This document shows positions 52,991 through 64,000 of a stretch of DNA of 64,000 bases, piece after piece. A program made the translations under genes and the position numbers. Position 1 is the first letter of the stretch; every line of letters begins with the position of its first letter. The DNA comes from Octopus vulgaris (taxonomy: Eukaryota): the NCBI GenBank assembly GCA_951406725.2, contig OX597814.1:138570001-138634000 (forward strand), written 5' to 3'. The notes beneath the pieces were generated by a model. The model did not search any database. It saw nothing but the letters and a program-made list of their open reading frames with translations, and was not told the origin of the DNA.

Positions 52991-53678
52991 TACTTCAGAT
53001 CTAGAAAACAACGTAGGCTAAGAATATTGACAGCTTGATTGTCTCACTCTTAAGCCTCTAGTTTTTTTCTGTTTTTCTTCATGTATTTGGCTATAATTTC
53101 AGTCATTATCTATGCATGTATAGATGCTTTTATACTAAATTACTTTTGGCAGTCTGATAAAATATTTATCTTTAATTGTTTCTTGAGCTGTGAAATAGCT
53201 GAACGTCATGGAATAGCTTGTGTGCATTTTTATATAATGAAAGCTAACACTTACAGTTGGATCTATCGTTGTGTTTAAATATGAATTTAGGTTTCCACGA
53301 GGGAATTGGTAGAATTTGACGGTAGATTAATAATCAATATGCTGATATTAGATTATCATAATGAGCTCAAAGGTAAATGTTGAAAGTTGAAGCAGTATAC
53401 AGCTAGGCATTGGTGCATGACCCAACTCTCTCAGCAATCTAAGCAATCAATCATGCAGTAATCGAAACAAATACAAAGAATCATACACACACTTGTTTCT
53501 GTAAGAATTAGCTTGTGTGTATAGAAGCAAAAACTAGATGAGTTGATAGTGTATAAAACTTTCACCTGAATAATTAAAAATTCATATTGTGGTGGTATAT
53601 TTTACCAACTAAATACACATCAAAGTTTATGTACAGAGAGGGATAAGAGAGACACATTGCAAAAGATGGGGAAGAGAG

Positions 53679-53724
<46 letters not shown>

Positions 53725-53725
<1 letters not shown>

Positions 53726-54240
53726 GTTGGCACTATGAGAATTGAAGCATTGCAGAAAGCAATCTAAAAACAAAAATCATGGCAGGCGTTAATTATTGGG
53801 AACGCCTCACAAAGATCAAAAGTTATTCTTTTAACGTCACTGTGAGCGCTACATGAACAATGTGGAAACTATTCTATCAATACAAGTTCACAAGACACCT
53901 AAGGCTTGGCCTCAACCATATTCCTTCTACAAAAGTCACGCGCACACTATATAACAACGTAGCGACACATTGTTTTCTTTTACTTCAACTAGTCCTGCTT
54001 CATTCAGAATTATTCCTTAAGAAATAAAAGAAAAAAACCCCATTGAATTCAAACAATAACTGGACGAATTCCTCCAGCAAATACCAGACAAACCACAGAC
54101 ACCTAGACACATCTTGGCAAGTAGCAACTTTTTACATGAGTAGGCTATCATGTCCTAAAATGTAACTAAAAATAGACTAAACCAGATGGTGCTAATATGT
54201 TAAGCATTGGCTTGAGCTAATGGCCGAAAACTATCTAAAG
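53725..54240 (+). pseudogene. Decayed CR1-group LINE 3' fragment
   Basis: IEALQK, NYWERLTKIKSYS and FKQ*LDEFLQQIPDKP. Homologous to the ORF at 58276-58827. Confidence 0.7.
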
Positions 54241-55299
54241 TATAAATAGCATATTTAAAGGGATTTTTTTAAACAAAAGGGACTATTTTATGAATACCCA
54301 GTATATATATATATATATCTTATTTAGACTTTGTAAATTTCAGGGTTATTATGCAAAAGAGACAATCATTAATTTAGTTATGTTTTGTTCCACATGTATA
54401 CATTGTGCACCAGCTGATATTCCACACACGCTCACGCACACTTATACGCTGACAAAGACACACTGACATAAACTTATATAATCACTTGAATAATGTAGGA
54501 CAATGTATGATATGCACGTTATGCACAAATACTGCATATATATATATAACCTACTACACAAATACATTCAGAGAGGCACACAACGTGACGTATACTGACG
54601 CTTATACATATGCATCTTCAATACATACGCAAGGAAATACGTCTAAATATTTACACAAATTACATGTGTGTGGAAGTGTGTGCATATTTGTCTGTCTGCA
54701 TGTCTGTCTATCTGTCTATGTATGTATGTATGTATGTATGTATGTATGTATGTATGTGTATGCTGTATAAATAACGTGTACACATAAGCGTATATCTGCT
54801 TGTAGCCATATGCTCTAACAATGCCTCAAGATTTACTTAATTTGCGGAAAATTCACCTGAGAATAAAGTGAAGTGTCGATATATATATATATATATATGT
54901 ATGAGAGCATATATATCCTAGTGATTAGGGTGTTGCCTCACGATCGCGAAATTGTAGCTGTAGTTGCTGGACCGGTTGGTACGTTTTATTTCTTTCGCAA
55001 AACAATTAATCACCCTTTGTTCTGAAATCATTTCGACTCCTGACGTTTGGTACACTGTGCACCTGTTCAGGTAACGTCGATTTTATGGAAGGAGCGAGTT
55101 AATGTACAGCACAAACATTTAATCACTATAAACAACTCATTTGTGCAGGTTATTCACCAAGAAATTTCAGAACTTTCTCGGACTACAAGTAACTACCATC
55201 ATAGATATGATATAAATGTAACACGTAATGAAGCCAGAGAGCTTCTTACAATGCATAAAGATAAAGTTAAGTTACTGTTATATAGTCTAGGTACAAAGT

Positions 55300-55935
55300 T
55301 ACATAATGAGAAATGAACGGCTTAAAGAAATCTAAATTTACGTAGATCCTGCCATGCTGATCCCTTTGTCCATGATTTCGTAGTAGTGGAAACAGTTGAA
55401 TGTAAGAACAGCAGCATTTTCTCCCAACATAGTGTTGCCAGTTGTAGAAATCATAGTCGGGACGGTGGTGGATGGCTAGCTGTAGGTTGGCAGTAGCAAT
55501 GATGAAAATAACCGTATACATGTATATTATTGGTAGTGGTGGTAGATGTCTGAGTAGTAGTCGGTGTTGAGTCAACGCCAAAAATTCCCTCCTACTGGTG
55601 ACAATATCCGTAATGGAAGCGTCGATGTCAGGGAAGATTGGTAATTTATAGAGAACAACAGCCCAATCCGAACGATTTTCAATCTTCGACTTAAATCGGT
55701 GGATCATCAAGAACTTCTTAAAACAGAAGTTTCCAACCTTTCTTTCACTGGCAATCTCGTTGATGGTGCTACTGTGGTTCAGGATGTATTTGCGGAAGGC
55801 TGACGGGTGTGTTGTCAGGCGTTCCTCCATTCGGGCGTGAAATGGTCGGATCGTTCAAGCGATGTAGTAATCACCGCATTCGGAACACTGTAACTGGCAG
55901 ACAACATAGGTCTGTATAGGATGCAACTGTTCGCT
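55300..55935 (-). mobile_element. Old Penelope-like element 3' fragment (GIY-YIG remnant)
   Basis: Minus strand: YVVCQLQCSECGDYYIA*TIRPFHARMEE, followed by SAF..YI. Confidence 0.65.
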
Positions 55936-55983
55936 AATGGGTATATACATACATGCATTCATACATACATATACATCTATACA

Positions 55984-56019
<36 letters not shown>

Positions 56020-56105
56020 AAACATCGATGTTCAAGCGATGGTGGGGGGACAAACACAGACACACAAATACATACATACATGAATGCATACATACATATA
56101 CATAC

Positions 56106-56143
<38 letters not shown>

Positions 56144-56971
56144 ATGTGTGTATGAGTGTGTATGCGTGTGTGTGTATGTGCGCGTGTGTATATGTATATA
56201 TATATATATATGTATGTATGTATGTGTGTATATATGTAGAAACATGCATAAACCTGTATATACATATACACGTACATCCTTGCATATAATATATATATAT
56301 ATACACGCACATATGTATAAATACACACATATATACGTATGTGTATAAATATAATATAAATGCCCACACACAAGCATATGCATGCGAACACGCACACACT
56401 CCCCTCACACACACACACACACACACACACAAATACACTTATGCACACTGTGAAGCCAATAACCGGCGAAACGTCGAAGTTGCCGTCGATTTTTTTTCTT
56501 TCTAAGAATATATTTTATATACTTGAAAGTATTCACTACTCTATCAGTTGATGGCTGACTATTTTTTTTATGTGTGATTATACATAAATTACACGCTTTA
56601 ATATACAAATTTGTTTGTGTGTGTGTGTATGTATGTGCGTGTGTGTCCGTCCGTAAGCACATGAGTGTGGGTCATATACAAGATGTATAAATATGTGTGC
56701 GGTGTGTCCGTATGTAAATTTACGTTTTTAAACTCCTTATAGATGCAGACACAATGGGTGAATTAAAGAGAATTAAAAATAAATACTACTGGCAGTCACT
56801 CACTTTTGACTCTCTTTCAAATGTACTTTATGTCTGAATCCATACTTAGCTATTAATCCTCAACAAAAAACAAAAAACCCCAAAAGAAAACTGCAACATG
56901 ATTATATACATATGCGTGTGTGTGTATGTATGCGTGTGTGAGGAAGAGAGAGATGCCTATGAATATATGGC

Positions 56972-57010
<39 letters not shown>

Positions 57011-57074
57011 ATGTGCATTAACATATGTATATATAAATATATATAAGTATATATGTATGAGAATATGTATGTGA

Positions 57075-57117
<43 letters not shown>

Positions 57118-57558
57118 TGTGTGCGTATGTGTGTGTGTGTGCAAGTGTGCCTCAATGCATGTACGCGCGTATTTGTGCGTATGTGTATGTGTATGCACGC
57201 TTGTTTTTGTGCGGTAGCATGTATAATGTGTACTTGCACATATGCAGTGTATTTGAACAACAGAATTTGATGTAAGTATAGACGCAATCTCTTAAAAAAC
57301 TAAGCTATCTGTGCTATATAAACCATAAACACACACAGGCATGCGTATGCATATATATATACACACACATATATGTTTTTATGTGTGTGTATATGCATAT
57401 GCATATATATATATATATATACATGTACGTATATACACATATACTTATGCATATATAAATAAAACAAATGCATACACATGTATTCATACTTGTATATATA
57501 TCTATATATATATATACATATATATAAAGAGAGAGATAGAGATAACAATATAAATATA

Positions 57559-57604
<46 letters not shown>

Positions 57605-57924
57605 AAAGCTCGCATACTAACTACTCATGCACAGACACAATATAACCACATAAAAAAGAAGAAAATTAATAAATCATAGACTATTGGATACTTTGTATAG
57701 AATATATGAAAAGATGCTGAAGTAGATAAAAAAGTTATGTGTGGCAATAAATATAGCAAGTAAATATCTTTAATAATATGAGCTATTCATTGAGTTTGAA
57801 ACTAAAATCAATAGCCACTAAATTAAGGCCAGAATAGTTTGAATTTCTTTAGAAAGTCTTTCTGTCAGACAGGAAGTTCTTTTTTTTAAAGAATACTTAA
57901 GGCGAGAACTAGAAAGCTATAATA

Positions 57925-57968
<44 letters not shown>

Positions 57969-58128
57969 TAGATAGATAGATAGATAGATATTAATATACA
58001 TATACCAATGCACTTATGTATAATATATATGCATGTATATATATGTGTTTGTGTATAAACATATATATAAACATATATACACATTTTTATATACATATAC
58101 GTATGCATACACATATATACATACATAC

Positions 58129-58159
<31 letters not shown>

Positions 58160-58185
58160 AGACACATATATATATATATATATGA

Positions 58186-58735
58186 TTTGATTTTTGATTT
58201 GATTTTTCCAGTTTCAGCTTATGAGCTGTGGCCATGCTGGGGCACCGCCATTTGGTGTTGCTACTTGGTTTCACTTCATGAAGGCTTTCTAGCAGCTGCT
58301 ATTTGGTGCACGAGAGAGTTCGATGCAGCTGCCCTCATCTGCCCCTCCTGCCGTGAAGTTGGTTCATCTGGGACACCTGACAGGAAGAGATCCAGCTTCA
58401 TTTTAAAGACATCTGTATCCACCCCATGCAGGTCTCTCAGGTTCTTCGGGAGGATATTGAAGAGCTGTGGGCCTCGGAAGCCCAGGCTATCACAGAATCT
58501 TGTCCTACATCTTGATGGCAAGTTTGGAGTCCTAGGCACCACGCAGTGGCGCCCAGTTCTGGCATTTGCGTAACTCTCGATGCCAAAGTTCAGGACACTT
58601 CCCTCCAGGATCTTCCAGATGTATATTATGGCATATCTTTCCCGCCTACGCTGCAGGGAATATAATTTTAATTTCCTGAGTCTTTCCCAGTAGCTTACAT
58701 TCTGCATAGAGGCTATCTTCTTCGTGTAGATACTT

Positions 58736-58775
<40 letters not shown>

Positions 58776-58825
58776 CGAGCTCTGTGATCAACTTGACACT
58801 GGATGGTGACCATAACTGAGTAGTC
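58186..58825 (-). mobile_element. CR1-group LINE 3' end (ORF2 C-terminus plus 3' tail)
   Basis: QLWSP, SYWERLRKLKLYSLQRRRERYAIIYIWKIL, GPQLFNILP and FKMKLDLFLSGVPDEP. (AAATC)-type tail. A (CA)n tract is inserted at about 58737-58772. Confidence 0.9.
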
Positions 58826-59067
58826 ACTTATTTGTCCATAAGTCAGAAATATAAATAATTCAACTGGGAAGGTTTTATATTGTCAAACCACATATTACTG
58901 GTTATAACATATAATTGATCAGAATATTAACGTCGGTTTTTCCGTCAAATAACACCACTAGACGATGTTGACGACTCTTCGGTCACGGTCTACCTGCTTG
59001 TGTGCGCTCCTGTGTGTGGGTGTGTGTCTATGTGTATGTGTGTAAATATGCGTGCATGTCTATCAAT

Positions 59068-60140
59068 GCTTTCAAATTTTGGCAGAAGGCCAGGAATTTC
59101 CTGGGTGGGTATAAGTCAATTACGTAGACCTCGCTATTCAACTGGTACTTATTTTATCGACCTCAGAAGGGTTAAATGCGAAGTAGACATCGGTGGGTTT
59201 TGAACACACTAACCAATACCTACAGTTGTTTCTTCTCAGAACGTTGTTCCTCTAGAATATCTCTTCCTGTTTACATATTATTAAAGACTGACACAATGCT
59301 GCGAAGCATTTCCCCTGGCACGCTACCGATCCTGCTAGCTCGTCGTTCAAATGATAAGGCAACGAACTGGCAGAAGCGTTAGCACGCGAAGCGACATGCT
59401 TAGCAGTATTTCGTGTACCGTTACGTTCTGAGTTCAAATTATGACGAGGTCGACTTTGCCTTTCATCCTTTCGGGGTCGATTAAATAAACAACAGTTACG
59501 CACTGGGGTCGTTGTAATCGACTTAATCCCTTTGTCTGTCCTTGCTTGTCCCCTCTATGTTTAGCCCCCTGTGGGAAATAAAGAAATAAATAATAAGAAG
59601 GCGGCGAGCTGGTAGAATCGTTAGCACGCAGGCGAACTGCTCAACGGTATTTTGCCCGTCGCTACATTCTGAGTCAAAATTCCACCGAGGTCTACTTTGC
59701 CTTTCATCGTTTCGGGGTCGATAAATTAAGTACCACTTGTGTACTGGGGTCCATGTAATCGACTACCTGTACCTCAAATTTCAGGCCTTGAGTTCAAATT
59801 CCGCCAAGGTCGACTTTGCCTTTCATCCTTTCGGGTTCGATGAAATAAGTACCAGTTACGCACTGGGGTCGATGTAATCGGCTAGCCCCCTTCCCCCCAA
59901 ATCTTCAAGGCCTTGTGCCTAGAGCAGAAATAAATAATTAATAATAAGGTGAAGGCGGTCAGCTGGCGGAATCGTTAACGTACGGAGCAAAAGGCTTAGC
60001 TACGTTCCTTCCGATTTTACGTTTTGAATTCACATACCGCCGTAGTCGACTTTGTCTTATATCCTTTCGAGGTCGATAAAATAAATACCATTTGAATACT
60101 GGGGTCGTGTAATTGCTAGCCTTGTGCCAAAATTCAAGAC
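59068..60140. mobile_element. Cluster of five or more SINE family B units in both orientations
   Basis: Minus copy at about 59068-59345. Plus copies start at about 59356, 59598, 59789 (internal repeat) and 59952. Confidence 0.85.
59204..59282 (+). repeat. 79-bp exact copy of 63249-63327 inserted in a SINE
   Basis: acacactaaccaatacc...tttacatattatt is identical at both sites. Confidence 0.9.
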
Positions 60141-60518
60141 CATTATTAATATTAGAGTTAGGCAGAAGAAATATAAGTATTGATCCTTAGTTTACGTACA
60201 GGTATGGAAACAATTTAAATAAAAGACAATATTTACGTTGTTACATTTAAGAATTTGTCTCTATCACCTGAGGTTGCTTGAGTCTGTCCCAGAGCCACAA
60301 GTATTTTCAAGCAGTGGACATAAAAGTTCTTAAATACGCAAATATTTTACATTATTTTATTGCAATCCATTTCATTTAATTTCTTGGAAAATTTGAAGAC
60401 TTTCAGAACCTGTAGTGAAACAACGTAAGGCGTAATTTCTTTCTTCTGACTAACCTTATTAATACCAATATACTATCCAGAAACTAGCAAAAAAAAAAAA
60501 AAAAAAAAAAGCGTTTGA

Positions 60519-60572
<54 letters not shown>

Positions 60573-60573
<1 letters not shown>

Positions 60574-60917
60574 TTAAATTAGAGATAAAACCACTAATCA
60601 TTGTATGATTAGGCAAATCATACAATGAAAAACTTAAGCCAATACATAAGATTAATTAATTTATATTATTTAAAATATATATCAAAATTATTAAAAAGAT
60701 AATGAGTATAACCCTACGATCGTTTTAATAATTTTGATATATATTTTAAATAATATAAATTAATTAATCTTATGTATTGGCTTAAGTTTTTCATTGTATG
60801 ATTTGCCTAATAGTGGTTTTATCTCTAATTTAATATAATATAATATTTTACTATAAAATTAGATTCAATCCTAAATCTGATTTTTCCCTGTAAGTTTGGA
60901 TTTATTCCCTAATATTT

Positions 60918-60922
<5 letters not shown>
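60573..60922. mobile_element. Penelope-like foldback element in (TA)n
   Basis: Arms 60573-60696 / 60723-60834 and a one-sided tail to 60922. The loop holds a hammerhead 3' half on the minus strand (aaa-cgatc-GTA-ggg). Confidence 0.7.
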
Positions 60923-60969
<47 letters not shown>

Positions 60970-61514
60970 TATATGTGTATGTGTGTGTGTGTGTGTGTGT
61001 GTGTTTTAAACTTTTTAAATAACTATACTTTATATATTTATACATCTATCTATTATATTATTTTGGACGTATATCGTCTGTGATGATTTTTTGATGTAAT
61101 TTTCCTACACGTATATATATATATATATATTTACATATACTTACTCAGCTACATACACAACACACACATTACTGATTGCAGTTTTGATGTAGGTTTATAT
61201 GTAAAGAAAAAGTCAAACCTTGTGTGTAGGCTATTCCTATTTCTAATTGTTAAACGACGAAGTACTGGACGGGAAGCCAATCTATTGCATGGATTAACTA
61301 CTTCCATTTCAAACTCATTGGAATGATATGAAATGCCATGGTTAACATCTCAACGCAACGCCCTCTTCGCAATCGAACTCAAGAGTCCAACATCCTAACT
61401 ACTCGACTATGAGGTCTCCTGTTTTATGCATCAAGTATCTACCAACCTACCTACCTACCTACCTACCTACCTACCTACATACCTACATACCTACCTACCT
61501 ACCAACCTATCTAC

Positions 61515-61570
<56 letters not shown>

Positions 61571-61671
61571 TTATCTATCTATTTATCTCTGTTTCTGTCT
61601 CTGTCTCTCTGTCTGTCTCTATCTCTCTCTCCCCCTCTCCCCCTCTCTCTCTCTACACACACACATATATT

Positions 61672-61709
<38 letters not shown>

Positions 61710-62235
61710 TGTGTAGATGTTTTGTATATCAAACACAAACTAGCATGCATGCACGAGCGCGCGAGTAATGAGTGTATATATTGCACTTAAAAAAATATTA
61801 ATAGGTCCTTTTGAATGATATCAGCTAATTGGATAATCATCACTCTTGGGTTATTAAATAAAGAAGAGATTTCGCGAACAAATCATGCGGAAATTACATC
61901 AAACAGATACGCAAGCATAAATTGACCAAGTGTTATGTTCAGAACCATAAAAAAAGAAAAATAACTATACTATTAAAAGGATGTTGGTGCAAAGGGGTTC
62001 CTATTGTTGGAGACTTCAATTGTAATGGTAATTGCATCCCGGCGTCTTCAAGATGCGGGGCTCACTTCCATTATATGTTCTCAACTTATTTTCTTCTTTC
62101 ATGTCTGTACGCTTTGAATTATTTTCGTTCACTTCGTTATCGTTAAATTGAAAACAAATCACACACACAGACACACTCACACATACACACACACACTTAC
62201 ACACACACATGTATAATATATATATACATTGTAGG

Positions 62236-62269
<34 letters not shown>

Positions 62270-62527
62270 TGTATGTATGTATATATCTATATCTATATCT
62301 ATCTATTTGTCTATCTATCTATCTATATCTATCTTTCTATATATATATATTTGTATATGTATGAATACGGTAGAAATCGACTCGTGACCGAGTAACACCA
62401 CTACCTAATTCCATTTCAGTCTAAGAAGCATCTCGTGTTTGGTCTCCCTATCGCTAGTATACATACTTCGTTTCCTGCACATACATGCATGCATACATAC
62501 ATACATACATACATATATATATGTATG

Positions 62528-62567
<40 letters not shown>

Positions 62568-62572
62568 TATAC

Positions 62573-62606
<34 letters not shown>

Positions 62607-62739
62607 TTTTACCTCTATTGACAAAAATTCTTATCTCGACGATTTCTCCTTTCACTCCGTAGTAGCCAAATCCTCTAGCTTCTTCAATTTCTGGTGTCAC
62701 TGATTATATAGTCTTCAAGTCCAAATTATATACACCCCT

Positions 62740-63330
62740 CAATGGGGATGATGACAATCTTGTCGCTTCCAAAGGCTAAAAAACCCCCACAAACACACAT
62801 AATGTAAACGAAATAACACAGACTGTTGCGCAACATTCGTTTAACATGAGTAGCACACAACTAAACCTCTCACAATCGTTTGAAATTTTGGGCACCACTA
62901 TCACCAAAGATCTCTACTAGTGAAACTACTATCTTAACATAGCTATGACCGTATCCTAGTAACCCAAGGACTCGCCCTTACCTTCAAGATCTGAAGAGGC
63001 TCTACCTCCTCCACAACATTCATTGATACTCATCAAGTCTCAAGTAGTTTCTAAATGATGTGTTGCTCCCAGATTTGGAGACTTTGTTGCTGCTGAAATT
63101 ACATCCAGAAAATAGCCATCGAACTGATTCGTACACTCCAGCCTCCGTTCACATATATGCTATCTTCTTTCAGGCAATCACGACACCCCAAGCCACTCAT
63201 CTCTTCTCCTCTCATCAAAGTTCTTTTGTCCAACACCTTACCCAGGAGACACACTAACCAATACCTACAGTTGTTTCTTCTCAGAACGTTGTTCCTCTAG
63301 AATATCTCTTCCTGTTTACATATTATTTGT
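62740..63330 (+). pseudogene. Decayed CR1/L2-group LINE RT fragment
   Basis: Remnants ILGTTITKDL, CCSQIW and IQKIAIELI, then SFF..RT.PL.N-like 3' motifs. Confidence 0.5.
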
Positions 63331-63617
63331 AGGTGAGATAGTTCAAATGAAATATTAACATCAGCCTCAACGGTCACACAGGACCTGTGAAATCCATGGT
63401 CACTACTTTACTCAAGACACAGGAAGTAAAAAAATTACACTTAAAAGCTTACTGCAAGATTATGGCTATTAGAAGGTAAGGCGAGCTGGTATCCCAGCAC
63501 CCATTGTCCATGTATATATGCGACCTTATGTACATATGTGTCATTCTGTACTGTTTGTATATGTGTGTTACTATCTGTCGATATTTTCTAGGAAGCAGCC
63601 TCATTCATATGTATCTA

Positions 63618-63730
63618 TAGGCTGTCCCCAAAAAAGTGACTGGTGGCCGTGATTATGTATTATATATATTCCTTTATATGTTTGTTCCAGTCCTGGTTAC
63701 TTGCGTTCAAATTCATTATGGAACACCCTG
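63618..63730. mobile_element. Possible Tc1/mariner MITE
   Basis: TA|taggctgtccccaaaa ... ttatggaacaccctg|TA, an imperfect TIR. Confidence 0.4.
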
Positions 63731-64000
63731 TATGTGTACATATCTGAATGCGAATATTGCTATTGACAAGCTGTTTGCTGCAGTCGATGGCACGACCAGC
63801 GTAAAATCTTTCCCGGCTTGAAATCAATCAATATTTATTCCCTTCCTTCTCTTTCTCGTTCTCCTTATTTACTTCTTTTTCTCTCTCGTATACCCAACTC
63901 CAGCTTCAGCCACTTTCCAATCCTCACCTTAACTCTCTTTCCCCGCTCCCTGTCTCCGATTGCTTCGCACCACTCATGTACAACAACTAAATTTTTGTAT

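Noticed and set aside
55267-55830. 187-aa ORF as a host gene
   Set aside because: Starts inside a decayed GIY-YIG domain and reads into non-coding element sequence.

Overview
AT-rich, microsatellite-saturated eukaryotic DNA with no host protein-coding exon that I can support; it is most likely intergenic or a large intron. The repeat families and composition suggest an octopus or other coleoid cephalopod genome (inference). Nearly all ORFs in the track are microsatellite artefacts or decayed transposon ORFs. DNA transposons: two defective copies of one IR/DR-type Tc1 DD34E element (9627-11487, 46552-48145), a full-length Chapaev3-like CMC element with TTA TSD (16773-19150), a decayed Helitron (about 34.7-40.0 kb), a mariner remnant, piggyBac-type MITEs, and two MITEs with 8-bp TSDs that carry CCCTAA repeats. 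Retroelements: Penelope-like RT/GIY-YIG fragments, CR1- and RTE-like LINE remnants, and many tRNA-derived SINEs of at least three families. The most interesting signals are: (1) about ten sequence-diverse type I hammerhead-ribozyme motifs, several with long or branched stem II, and Penelope-style foldback elements in (TA)n; (2) three locally templated insertions of 254, 79 and 12 bp; (3) a LINE/SINE pair sharing a 3' tail with a covarying stem-loop; (4) a 31-bp-stem pre-miRNA-like hairpin. All alignments and folds were done by eye.
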